In this document: piece by piece, positions 18,380-27,136 of the stretch | Position numbering within the stretch: the first letter of the stretch is position 1 | Layout: each line of letters starts with the position of its first letter | From: an uncultured Oscillospiraceae bacterium | GTDB taxonomy: Bacteria > Bacillota > Clostridia > Oscillospirales > Acutalibacteraceae | NCBI GenBank assembly: GCA_905198295.1 | Contig: CAJKBW010000010.1 | Span: 1 to 47,801, forward strand | Direction: 5' to 3' | Length of the DNA stretch: 47,801 nt | Translations under genes and position numbers: made by a program | The notes under the pieces: generated by a model | Told to the model about the DNA's origin: nothing | What the model saw: the letters and a program-made list of their open reading frames with translations, nothing else | The model's database searches: none

Positions 18380-19000
18380 ATGGAGCAGAAGAAAAAGGCC
18401 GCACTTACCCGGCAGAAAATTCTGGATGCCGCAGAAATGGAATTTACCGAAAAAGGACCGGATGCGGCTCGCGTGGACCGGATTGCCCGACTGGCCGGTG
18501 TAAATAAGCAGTTGATCTACGCCCATTTCGGCAGTAAGGAGGGGCTGTATACCGCTGTGCTGGAAGCGGTGTACGGACGCTTGTCGTCGTGCGAGGAAAC
18601 GCTGATGAAGACGGATTTTGACGGTCCCGAAGCCGTGCGGCGCATCATATTGGATTATTTCGGCTTTCTGATGGAAAACCCCTCGTTTGTGCGCCTGGTG
18701 CTGTGGGAAAATCTGAACGGCGCCCGGCATGTTCCGGAGACATCCCCCAAGCTGTTCCGCGGCGCCGAACAGCTGCTGCGCCGCGGAGTAAGTCAGGGGG
18801 TTCTGCGTGAGGATCTGGATATTGAGCAGACTGTGCTCTCGCTGAATATGTTCTGCTTTTCCGCGTTTTCCAATGTACATACCCTTTCCCGCCTTCTGGG
18901 CCGGGACCTGGCCGCACAGCAGGAAATGGCGCGCCGCAGCGCCCATATTGCCGACGTGCTGACCGCATACGTACAGAAAAGAGAGGAGATACCGACATGA
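18380..19000 (+). CDS. TetR/AcrR-family transcriptional regulator
   Basis: N-terminal TetR HTH (TRQKILDAAEMEFTEKGPDAARVDRIARLAGVNKQLIYAHFGSKEGLY). Confidence 0.9.
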   Translation: MEQKKKAALTRQKILDAAEMEFTEKGPDAARVDRIARLAGVNKQLIYAHFGSKEGLYTAVLEAVYGRLSSCEETLMKTDFDGPEAVRRIILDYFGFLMENPSFVRLVLWENLNGARHVPETSPKLFRGAEQLLRRGVSQGVLREDLDIEQTVLSLNMFCFSAFSNVHTLSRLLGRDLAAQQEMARRSAHIADVLTAYVQKREEIPT

Positions 19001-19959
19001 TTCGTATGGCCGTGGTAGGAGCCGGAAGCATCGGCATGGAGCATATCCGCGCGCTGGAAAAAGCGGAAGGCTGCTGTCTGTGCGCCGTGTGCGACACCGA
19101 TGAGAACAGGGCCGCACAGGCGGCTAAACCATACGGCGTCCCGTGGCTGACCGATTATCGGGAAATCCCCGGCCGCGTGCAGGCCGACGCGGTGATCCTG
19201 AACCTGCCGCATCATCTGCATGCCGACAGCACTGTATTTTTTCTTGAACACGGGCTGCACGTGCTGGTGGAAAAGCCGATGGCCAACACCACCGCAGAAT
19301 GTGACCGCATGCTGGCAGCAGCGGCCCGCAGCGGACGAAAGCTGGCTGTCGGCCATCTCCAGCGGTTTTTCCCCGCCAACCGGGCTGTACGGGAACTGGT
19401 CACATCCGAAAAACTCGGCCGGTTCTGCATGTTCAGCGAACGGCGCACCATCGACTATTTTTCAGCCGACCGTCCCCTCTGGTTTCTGGACCGCCGCACC
19501 GCCGGCGGCGGAATCGTGATGAACTATGGAGCGCATGTGCTGGATAAACTGTTCTGCCTGACCCCTTCCGAGGGAGCCGCAGTATATGCCTCCTGCGGAA
19601 ACGCTAAAAACAGCCGCAATATCGAGGGGCATGCCCAGATGCTGCTGAAATTCCCCTCCGGCCTGAGTGCGGCGGTTACTTTCAGCGGGTATGGACCGAG
19701 CGGATACGATACGTTCTATGATTTCACCAGGGGAACGGTGCGGGTGCAGAGCGGTACGATACTGTCCTACACCACCGACGGCGAATGGCATTCCACCGAA
19801 ATACGCAGCGACGGCAAACACATGGAACGTCAGCTGGAGGCGTTCTGCCGCTATATTCAGTCCGGCACCGCGGATATCGCCACAGGCGAATACGGCCGGC
19901 GGATCGTCGAGACCATCGAACGGATTTACCGCAGCGCAGAATCCGCTCTTGAATGCTGA
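18997..19959 (+). CDS. Gfo/Idh/MocA-family NAD(P)-dependent oxidoreductase (IolG/DgpA-like)
   Basis: Rossmann N-terminus MIRMAVVGAGSIGMEHI, EKP motif (VLVEKPMA), C-terminal alpha/beta domain; overlaps tetR stop by 4 nt (operonic). Confidence 0.9.
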   Translation: MIRMAVVGAGSIGMEHIRALEKAEGCCLCAVCDTDENRAAQAAKPYGVPWLTDYREIPGRVQADAVILNLPHHLHADSTVFFLEHGLHVLVEKPMANTTAECDRMLAAAARSGRKLAVGHLQRFFPANRAVRELVTSEKLGRFCMFSERRTIDYFSADRPLWFLDRRTAGGGIVMNYGAHVLDKLFCLTPSEGAAVYASCGNAKNSRNIEGHAQMLLKFPSGLSAAVTFSGYGPSGYDTFYDFTRGTVRVQSGTILSYTTDGEWHSTEIRSDGKHMERQLEAFCRYIQSGTADIATGEYGRRIVETIERIYRSAESALEC

Positions 19960-20235
19960 TTCGCCGCTGAGCCGCCTGCTTGTTGTACAAATGCTGCGTG
20001 GAAACAGACAGATAGAAAAGTGTGATTCTTTCCCGACAAAAACCGACTTTTTCGCCTGCCGCTCCACGGCCTATTAAGTGCCTATTCTGCACTGCCGCTC
20101 ATCCGATATCCCGGCGGCAGAAGCTGACTGATTGGATCCTTTTCCCGCCAACTCTGCTTCCGTGTGCAAAAATCTGCCGCTTGTCCCTCCTTGCCATTTG
20201 TCCTTAATTTGGGGATATACTGAGGTGATGGAACC

Positions 20236-20625
20236 ATGACACAGCTCATACCGGTAAAATACAGGCTCTACACCTATCCGGCCGGCATCACTCCCCGGAT
20301 CCAGGAGATTGCCGGCCATCTGGACAAAACCGACATTCATCCGCATCTTCCCTGCTTCTCCCTGCACACCGAGTACAGCTTCGGCAAACGCAGCCTGAAT
20401 TCCGCGCAGCTGGAGCCATATCCGGAGCTGCGCCAGCGTCAGGTCAACGGCGTGCCGCAGCTCTGGCATTCCGCGCGGTGGGCTAAGCAGTTCGCTGAGT
20501 TCCTTCAGACACTGTGCGGGAAGAATGTCCCGACTGTTATAGAAATCCATCCGCCCTTTGGCGACTATACGAACCTGACACACTTTTTCGCCGTGTACAT
20601 AACGTTATCTATGCTTTTTCAATAG
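20236..20625 (+). CDS. Hypothetical protein (129 aa), orphan; good RBS GAGGTGA; possibly a 5' fragment of a larger gene
   Basis: ATG with RBS 8 nt upstream; no recognisable family; x-E-I-H-P motif resembles TIM-barrel EYHP of the upstream isomerase; ORF runs into low-GC repeat region. Confidence 0.4.
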   Translation: MTQLIPVKYRLYTYPAGITPRIQEIAGHLDKTDIHPHLPCFSLHTEYSFGKRSLNSAQLEPYPELRQRQVNGVPQLWHSARWAKQFAEFLQTLCGKNVPTVIEIHPPFGDYTNLTHFFAVYITLSMLFQ

Positions 20626-20830
20626 GAGCGTACAAATTCTTATTTATCAAACTGATTATACAGCGGAAAGAAAGGAGTGTGAAGTGAAATATCCTTCGAA
20701 TGTGAAATAATGCCCTTTAGTCATTGCGAAATTTTCTGTTTGCGCAGAAAGTGAAATGAAATCCACCTACCACCTCAGCGATTTCACGCACGAAGTGCAT
20801 TTCACAAATCTCGAAGGGATTTATTTCGTT

Positions 20831-20875
20831 GAAAAGAAACAACCTTTGTCTACTAGACAAAGGTTGTTTCTTTTC
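20831..20875. terminator. 45-bp perfect palindrome (22-bp arms, GAAAAGAAACAACCTTTGTCTA c TAGACAAAGGTTGTTTCTTTTC) abutting the 3' end of tRNA-Ser; bidirectional terminator
   Basis: Every base pair verified by hand; flanked by A/T runs on both sides. Confidence 0.6.
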
Positions 20876-20966
20876 TGGCGGAGAGAGAGGGATTCGAACC
20901 CTCGAACGGGGTTAACCGTTACACGATTTCCAATCGTGCGCCTTAGGCCAGCTCAGCCATCTCTCC
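20876..20966 (-). tRNA. tRNA-Ser (anticodon GGA), type II with long variable arm, CCA encoded
   Basis: Hand-folded: acceptor GGAGAGA/UCUCUCC, D-stem GCU/GGC, anticodon stem CACGA/UCGUG with loop UUGGAAA, variable arm AACGGUUAACCCCGUUC, T-arm GAGGG-UUCGAAU-CCCUC, discriminator G + CCA; 91 nt. Confidence 0.85.
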
Positions 20967-21055
20967 CTATTTTCTGTTTTGCCGCTTTCAGGGGAAAGCG
21001 CTAGATTATTATAGCGGCTCGGCCGAAAAAAATCAAGTCCAAATTGCAATTTCTT

Positions 21056-21520
21056 TCATATTTTTTCCCCGGGAAACTGCTTTTCCGCCCGGGTGCGCAG
21101 GATCTCCTCCAAAAGACGGCGGTATGCCTCGTCCTGTTCCGGACGGCGTTTGCTGCTGCCGTGCAGACGACCGCCGCGCCGGCGGATGGTTTTCGCCAAA
21201 TGGCGCGCCGCCAGCAAAGCGTCCATGTTCCCCTCGTGATATACAAAACCGTCCTGATGCAGCGGCACAGCCTGTTTAGCCAGACACATGGCCGCCAGGC
21301 CGTAATCCTGGGTCACGACGATATCGCCCGGCTGAACACGGTTGACCAGAGCAAAATCCACACTGTCCGCGCCGGTGGAAACCGTGACGGTCTGCGCCCC
21401 TTCCCGGGAGAAAACGTGTGCGCTGTCGCACAGCAGAATAACCGGTACGGCATAGCGCCGCGCGGTTTCCAGCGTAATATCCACCACCGGACAGCCGTCC
21501 GCATCGATCAGGATCGTCAA
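21056..21520 (-). CDS. yaiI: YaiI/YqgE (DUF188, UPF0178) family protein
   Basis: N-terminal ILIDADGCPV and conserved spacing typical of DUF188. Confidence 0.75.
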   Translation of the reverse strand: MTILIDADGCPVVDITLETARRYAVPVILLCDSAHVFSREGAQTVTVSTGADSVDFALVNRVQPGDIVVTQDYGLAAMCLAKQAVPLHQDGFVYHEGNMDALLAARHLAKTIRRRGGRLHGSSKRRPEQDEAYRRLLEEILRTRAEKQFPGEKI

Positions 21521-22242
21521 AATGTCAGCACCTTTCCCACCGCATCCTGGATCAGCAGATCCGCGCGGGCATCCAGCGGTGTAGCCGAGCGGTTGATGAC
21601 CACCAGATGCCTGCCGCTAAACGCGTCAAGGAATCCCGCCGCCGGATATACCGACAGCGAAGTACCGGCCACGATCAGCAGATCGGCGCCGCCGATCGCC
21701 TGCAAAGCGCCCTGTATGACCGTCTGGTCAAGCTGTTCCTCATACAGCACCACATCCGGCTTGATCACCCCACCGCAGCGGCAGCGCGGAATCCCCACGC
21801 TGTCCCGTATACAGGCGGCGTCGTAATGGCTGCCGCAGCGCAGACAGGTATTGCGGTGAAAGGAGCCGTGCAGCTCCCAGACCCGGCGGCTGCCCGCCTT
21901 CTGATGCAGCCCGTCAATATTCTGCGTGACCACCGCAGCGAGTCGGCCCTCACTCTCCCAACGGGCCAGACAGCGGTGTGCTGTATTCGGCTGCGCATCC
22001 AGACACAGCATTTTTTCGCGGTAAAAGGCAAAAAACGCCTCGGTATGCTGTTCAAAAAAGGAATGGCTGAGGATGGTTTCCGGCGGATAGGCATATTTCT
22101 GCCGATACAGTCCATCCTCGCTGCGAAAATCGGGGATACCGCTTTCGGTGGACACGCCTGCCCCGCCGAAAAACACCGTATTCTCGCTCTCCTCAACCCA
22201 GTGCATCAGGGTCTGCTGCGCCTGTGTCATTTTACTTCCCAT
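21517..22242 (-). CDS. cobB: NAD-dependent protein deacylase, Sir2/CobB family
   Basis: GAGVSTESGIPDFRS, QNIDGLH, Zn-ribbon CxxC...CxxC, catalytic H (ELHGS); 241 aa class III sirtuin; 4-nt overlap with yaiI. Confidence 0.9.
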   Translation of the reverse strand: MGSKMTQAQQTLMHWVEESENTVFFGGAGVSTESGIPDFRSEDGLYRQKYAYPPETILSHSFFEQHTEAFFAFYREKMLCLDAQPNTAHRCLARWESEGRLAAVVTQNIDGLHQKAGSRRVWELHGSFHRNTCLRCGSHYDAACIRDSVGIPRCRCGGVIKPDVVLYEEQLDQTVIQGALQAIGGADLLIVAGTSLSVYPAAGFLDAFSGRHLVVINRSATPLDARADLLIQDAVGKVLTF

Positions 22243-22251
22243 TTTTTCGCA

Positions 22252-23646
22252 TTATCCCTCCTGTACCACGCCGGCAGCACCGTCCTGCCCGGTGCGTGTA
22301 AGCACCCGGATCCATTTGTAGCGGTTGACCTTGACCACCGCCACCAGACATTTAAGCATCTGATCACACTTCAGGCAGATAAACACGGCCACCGGCGGCC
22401 ACCCCCAGAGATACGCCGCTGCCAGCGAAAGCGGGAGCACCAGTCCCCACATGAAGATCAGGTCGTTGATCATCACAAAACGGGTATCGCCGCCGCCCCG
22501 AACCACCCCGGTGAGCACCGCCATTTGATACGCCGTACCGCAGACTGTTACCGACAGCACGGTCATAAACTGCCGGGCCAGCAACCGGATTTCTTGCGAA
22601 ACGCCGCTGTACAGCAGCAGCACGGCATCCCGGCATAAAAACAGCACCAGCCCTGTTGCCGCCCCGATCAGCACAAACAGGACCTGAAGTGTTTTGGCGT
22701 ACTGCCGCACCCGCCCGACATTGCCCTCGCCGATCGTTTTGCCGATGAGCACCGACGCCGCACTGGCCGAGCCGTAGGTAATTACCGTCAGCACCTGGAA
22801 CACTGTCACCGCAATGCTGTTGGCACCTATGGTTGTCATGCCCATGTGCCCCAGAATTGCCGTCTGCACCATCATGGCAAAGCCCCACAGGGTGTTGGAA
22901 AGGAACACCGGCAGGCCGGAACGCAGAAAATCCTTCCACAGCAGGCTCCCGGCTCCGCGCAGATCCATCGGCCGGAAACGGATTTTGCGGTCCGCAAAGG
23001 CCGTAAAAAGAAGCATAATCAAGCATTCCACCGCGCGGGCGGTAAGCGTGGCAATGGCCGCACCGCGGACACCAAGCCGGGGCGCACCGGCATTGCCGTA
23101 AATCAGCAGATAATTCAGGAACACGTTGATCAGCAGCGTAGACAGCGATACAACAAACCCAATTTTCACTGTTTCCACACTGCGCAGGCTGCACAGCAGC
23201 ACGTTTGTCACCGCAAACAGCGGGTAGGAAAAGCAAATGATCCGGAGGTAACGCACCCCTTCCTCGAGCACCGGCTGATCATCAGTCAGCAGCCCCAGGC
23301 AAAATTCCGGCCAGATGCCGACCACCGCAAAGAGCAACGCCGCCACGCCGACACCGAGCCAGAGGCCGATGCCGGCAATTTTGCGGATGGTATCCGCCTG
23401 CCGCCTGCCCCAGTACTGCGTGGCGAGCACAATCACCGCTTCCCCCACGCCTGTCACCATCATCTGCAGCAAAAACTGAATCTGGTTGACCAGCGCCACG
23501 CCGGACATCGCTTCATCGCTGTAGCGGCTCAGCATCACGTTGTCCGCCAGATTCACACTGAACAGAATCAGGTTCTGCAGGGCGATCATTCCGGTCATTG
23601 AAAAAAAGACGCGATAAAACCTCTTTTCCCTTACCCAAACGCTCAA
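22252..23646 (-). CDS. MATE-family multidrug/oligosaccharidyl-lipid efflux transporter; start uncertain (TTG 23646 or ATG 23598)
   Basis: 12-TM MATE profile with duplicated halves; N-terminal KRFYRVFFSMTGMIALQNL. Confidence 0.8.
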   Translation of the reverse strand: MSVWVREKRFYRVFFSMTGMIALQNLILFSVNLADNVMLSRYSDEAMSGVALVNQIQFLLQMMVTGVGEAVIVLATQYWGRRQADTIRKIAGIGLWLGVGVAALLFAVVGIWPEFCLGLLTDDQPVLEEGVRYLRIICFSYPLFAVTNVLLCSLRSVETVKIGFVVSLSTLLINVFLNYLLIYGNAGAPRLGVRGAAIATLTARAVECLIMLLFTAFADRKIRFRPMDLRGAGSLLWKDFLRSGLPVFLSNTLWGFAMMVQTAILGHMGMTTIGANSIAVTVFQVLTVITYGSASAASVLIGKTIGEGNVGRVRQYAKTLQVLFVLIGAATGLVLFLCRDAVLLLYSGVSQEIRLLARQFMTVLSVTVCGTAYQMAVLTGVVRGGGDTRFVMINDLIFMWGLVLPLSLAAAYLWGWPPVAVFICLKCDQMLKCLVAVVKVNRYKWIRVLTRTGQDGAAGVVQEG

Positions 23647-23674
23647 AACACACGCCGCCCCCTGTTAATGCCGC

Positions 23675-24190
23675 TCAGGGCAGCTTCTCGAGTATGCCGG
23701 CCGCGAGCTCTCTGCCGATGGACAGCAGATCGGTCCCCGCCGGAAAATCACGGAAGGCAACCGTGAAAAAGTACCCTTTGCCGTAGACAAGCAGCTCGCC
23801 GGTTGGCTCGCTCCATTTTGCCGCCTCGCCCAGATTCGGCGCGTCGGCCAGATCACCGTATGCGGTGACGATCGCCTCGAAATCCTCACGCGTGGCCTCA
23901 GCCATATGGACATCCAAAATCGATTTATCCTCTGCAGTAAAATGGATATTGGTCTCCTCGTCGTACAGCAGCGGCTCTTCAAAGGACTTGCCAGTGGCCG
24001 CCTCTACATTCTCCCGGGAAATCAGTGCTTTCAGCTCAACCTTCAAAACAGGCGGCAGCGTAGCCGTAGTTGTCACGGCCGACTCGTCGGCCGAGGAAGT
24101 CTCCGCTTCACCGGCACAGCCGGCAGCCGTCAAAAGCAGGACGCCTGCGCCGAGCGCCGCCAATCCCTGCATAACTTTCTGTTTTTTCAT
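23675..24190 (-). CDS. Hypothetical secreted lipoprotein (signal peptide + lipobox LTAAGC)
   Basis: MKKQKVMQGLAALGAGVLLLTAAGCAGE; no known domain recognised. Confidence 0.6.
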   Translation of the reverse strand: MKKQKVMQGLAALGAGVLLLTAAGCAGEAETSSADESAVTTTATLPPVLKVELKALISRENVEAATGKSFEEPLLYDEETNIHFTAEDKSILDVHMAEATREDFEAIVTAYGDLADAPNLGEAAKWSEPTGELLVYGKGYFFTVAFRDFPAGTDLLSIGRELAAGILEKLP

Positions 24191-24305
24191 CGCTCTTGAC
24201 CGTCCTTTCTTGTTCTGTACAGAGCATACCGCCGGCAGAAAAAAGGAATCTGCCCCGCGCCGGCTCCTCCCGTACAGTATAGCACGAGCCGGGATGTTTG
24301 CCAAG

Positions 24306-24341
24306 CCAAAAGGAGGCACCGCGTCATCCGCAGTGCCTCCT
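24306..24341 (-). terminator. Rho-independent terminator after the permease gene (GGAGGCAC..GTGCCTCC hairpin then T-run on minus strand)
   Basis: Inverted repeat with T-run read on the minus strand just 3' of CDS end 24350. Confidence 0.5.
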
Positions 24342-24349
24342 GATCCGGT

Positions 24350-25762
24350 TTATTTTTTGTGCGAGAGCCGCTCCTCGTCCGGATTTTCGTCGATACCGTC
24401 GTCGTCCACACCGTGTGCGATCATGCCAGCCTCCGGCTTTTTAGGTTCCGGCAGAATCAGATTGAGCAGAATGCCCGCCAGAATACCCAGGCCGATGCCG
24501 CTCACGCTGAACACAGCACCGCCGATGACAGCGCCGCCGATCGCCAGCACCAGCATCACCGCCGCAATGCAGAGATTGCGGTTCTGCGTAAAGTCCACAT
24601 GGTTCTCCACCAGCGTGCGCAGGCCGACCGAGGAGATCATGCCATACAGCACGATGCACGCGCCGCCGAGTACACAGGTCGGCACCGTTTCCACCACACC
24701 AATCGCCTTGCCGAAAAAGCTGATCGCGATTGCGATCACGGCTGCAACGCGCAGCGAAGCCGGATTGTAGTTGCCGGTCGCCGCAAGGACAGCCGTGTTT
24801 TCGGAATAGGTGGTGTTCGGAGGGCCGCCGACCAAACCGGCGGCAATCGTCGCCAGACCGTCGCCGAGCATGGTCCGGTGCAGACCGGGGTCCTTGGTAA
24901 AGTTGCGGCCGACCACCGAGCCATTTGCGTACACGTCGCCGACGTGCTCCACACAGGTGACAATCGCGATCGGCGCGATCATCGCTATGGCGCCCAGATC
25001 AAACTCGGGAAGAACAAAATTCGGCAGCGCAAACCAGCCGCGCGCCAGTCCCTTGCCCTGTGCGGCAAGCCCTTCAAAATTCATCAGCTCCACCGGTGCG
25101 ATATCGGTTTTGGTCAGGATCAGCGTCACGACGTACCCGGTCGCCAGCGCGATGACAATGGAAGACATCTTGACCATGCCTTTGCCATAACTGGAAAGAA
25201 TAATTGCCAACAAGCAAACCAGTAGGGCAATCCCCCAGCTCCAGTAGTAGGTGGGTGAAAACAGCTCAATCCCATTCCCCTGAATATTGTTGATGGCAGA
25301 GCCGGCCAGGTTCAGGCCGATAATCGCGATGCCGACACCGCGTACCACGGGCGGGAACAACCGGTCAATAAAACGCCCGCCGAACAGCCGGATCAGAAGC
25401 GAGAGCACCACATAAAATAAGCCAGCCACGATAATGCCGCCCAGCGCTTTGGGAATGTTGTCCGCCTGCGTTGCCGGATCGCTGCCTATGACGGCCTGCA
25501 ATGCAGCGATAAATGCAAAGGAGCTTCCCAGAAAAGTCGGCATACGCCCGCCGGTGCAAAGATGAAAGATGATGGTGCCAAGCCCCGCCGCAAACAGCGC
25601 CACGCCAACGTCCAGCCCGGTCAGCAGCGGAACCAGAATGGTCGCACAGGACATCGCGAAAGCGTGCTGAAGGCCCAGGAGCATCATTTTTCCGGCGCCT
25701 ACTCTGGGATATTCCTTGGAACCCGGAAAAATTACCTGGTTGATTTTTGAAAAAACGTTCAT
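24350..25762 (-). CDS. NCS2-family nucleobase:cation symporter (uracil/xanthine permease); ATG 25762 with GGAGGAAG RBS
   Basis: NCS2 signature (QHAFAMSCATILVPLLTGLDVGVALFAAGLGTIIF...), about 14 TM; sigA promoter TTGACA-17-TAGATT upstream on minus strand. Confidence 0.85.
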   Translation of the reverse strand: MNVFSKINQVIFPGSKEYPRVGAGKMMLLGLQHAFAMSCATILVPLLTGLDVGVALFAAGLGTIIFHLCTGGRMPTFLGSSFAFIAALQAVIGSDPATQADNIPKALGGIIVAGLFYVVLSLLIRLFGGRFIDRLFPPVVRGVGIAIIGLNLAGSAINNIQGNGIELFSPTYYWSWGIALLVCLLAIILSSYGKGMVKMSSIVIALATGYVVTLILTKTDIAPVELMNFEGLAAQGKGLARGWFALPNFVLPEFDLGAIAMIAPIAIVTCVEHVGDVYANGSVVGRNFTKDPGLHRTMLGDGLATIAAGLVGGPPNTTYSENTAVLAATGNYNPASLRVAAVIAIAISFFGKAIGVVETVPTCVLGGACIVLYGMISSVGLRTLVENHVDFTQNRNLCIAAVMLVLAIGGAVIGGAVFSVSGIGLGILAGILLNLILPEPKKPEAGMIAHGVDDDGIDENPDEERLSHKK

Positions 25763-25987
25763 GTTCTTCCTCCCTCTGCCATTTTTAAACCCTATCGTTA
25801 AAAATCTACCCTGTTTTGCCAGCATTGTCAAGACAAAATCCGTCGGTTTCCACGAAAAAATAAAGTATTTCGCCGCTATGAATCTTGTGTAAATTAAGCC
25901 TGTTCTTTTTTCGGGGATTATGCTATGATAGAAGTGAATTTTCTTGTACACTTTCCAGCATCAAGCCAAAATTCCCGGGAGGATATC

Positions 25988-26548
25988 ATGATCCATGACG
26001 CCTTTTCCGCCGGAGTCGAGCCGGGCGGCCTGTATTCCGGCGATGAAATTAAAGTATTGATTTGTTATCTGCTCATGCACGTCAGCGAGCCGCTTACACG
26101 CGATATCGTATCCGATGTGGTGGTGGGCGGCGGCATGGCGAACTATTTTGAAACCGGCGCCGGTCTGGAAGAACTGATTGACCTGCATAATATTGAAGAA
26201 GCGGAAGATGGCACGCTGCGCCTGACCGCGATCGGCCAGCAGGCGGCAGAAGCCCTCACGGCACGCATTCCCCTTTCCCTGCGTGAGCGTTCGGTGTCCA
26301 GCGCCCAGCGCCTTCTGGCCCGCCGCCGGCGCGAGCGGGAAAACCCGGTCACCATTGAACGCCATGAGGAAGGCTGCATGGTTACCTGCACGATCAATGA
26401 TGCGGGCATGCCGCTGATGACCTTGCAGCTTTGGGTGGCGGACAACACGCAGGCCAAGCTGGTCAAAGAGCGGTTTATTGACGATCCTTCGGCTTTGTAT
26501 AAAATGGTTCTGGATCATCTCACCGCCGCCGAAGAGGAAAACACTTAA
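25988..26548 (+). CDS. Hypothetical protein, DUF4364-like (small clostridial family); ATG 25988 with GGAGGA RBS
   Basis: Family assignment from memory of DUF4364 N-terminus (low certainty); intact ORF with RBS. Confidence 0.5.
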   Translation: MIHDAFSAGVEPGGLYSGDEIKVLICYLLMHVSEPLTRDIVSDVVVGGGMANYFETGAGLEELIDLHNIEEAEDGTLRLTAIGQQAAEALTARIPLSLRERSVSSAQRLLARRRRERENPVTIERHEEGCMVTCTINDAGMPLMTLQLWVADNTQAKLVKERFIDDPSALYKMVLDHLTAAEEENT

Positions 26549-26602
26549 CGGCAAAACCCCTGCCGCAGCTGCGGCAGGGGTTTTGTGTACGCAGGGAAGT
26601 TT

Positions 26603-26884
26603 TTACAGCTGAGCCGCCATGTTGGTGAATTTCTGTTTGGCGCTCTGCACCTTCTGTTCCTCCGCCATCGGGGTGGGATACCAGCCTCTTTTCTGCATCT
26701 CCATAAACAGGTCAGCCTGGATGCAGTGCTCATCATGAAGGATATTGAGCATCTCATCGCGTATCGCGGTTGTCGCGCATTCGTTGCTGAACGTGTTGTA
26801 AATACCGGTAATCTCCTTTTGTGAGGTCAGGCAGTCCAACATCATTTCCTGATCCTTCATCGGTATATTCACATTTTGCTCCAT
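26603..26884 (-). CDS. Spore coat protein F-like (Coat_F domain) small protein
   Basis: Coat_F-like pattern (QEMMLDCLTSQKEITGIYNTFSNECATTAIRDEMLNILHDEH...RGWYP). Confidence 0.6.
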   Translation of the reverse strand: MEQNVNIPMKDQEMMLDCLTSQKEITGIYNTFSNECATTAIRDEMLNILHDEHCIQADLFMEMQKRGWYPTPMAEEQKVQSAKQKFTNMAAQL

Positions 26885-26950
26885 CGTTTTTGCCCCTTTC
26901 TCTTCCGGCCGGCAAAAGGACAAGCCTTCTGCGCGCAGCGCAGGATTTTT

Positions 26951-27136
26951 TTAATTCAGAAAGCCCATCAGCTTGTTGAAGTGATTCTGGTGCCGTCCGG
27001 CAATCTGTTCACACTGCGTTTTGATCTGCGGATCGGTCGCAAGCGTCGCGTAGGATTTATACTTTTTCACCAGTAACTGCTCGGCGTTCAGCTGGTCTTC
27101 CAGAGCGCTGAGCTCTTTTGCGGTAAGCGTCGCCAT
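26951..27136 (-). CDS. Spore coat protein F-like small protein (61 aa); ATG 27136 with GGGGAGGA RBS
   Basis: LTAKELSALEDQLNAEQLLVKKYKSYATLATDPQIKTQCEQIAGRHQNHF resembles N-terminal Coat_F half-domain. Confidence 0.5.
   Translation of the reverse strand: MATLTAKELSALEDQLNAEQLLVKKYKSYATLATDPQIKTQCEQIAGRHQNHFNKLMGFLN

Noticed and set aside
20756-21004. 82-aa plus-strand ORF (MKSTYHLSDF...)
   Set aside because: It reads straight through the antisense of tRNA-Ser and the 45-bp palindrome, and it has no RBS. It is a spurious frame.
21517-22242. SIR2-domain protein as a possible Thoeris/DSR-type defence component
   Set aside because: At 241 aa with an intact Zn ribbon and catalytic His it is a canonical CobB-type deacylase. 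It has no TIR/SLOG/HerA partner or N-terminal extension. It is flanked by housekeeping yaiI and a MATE transporter.
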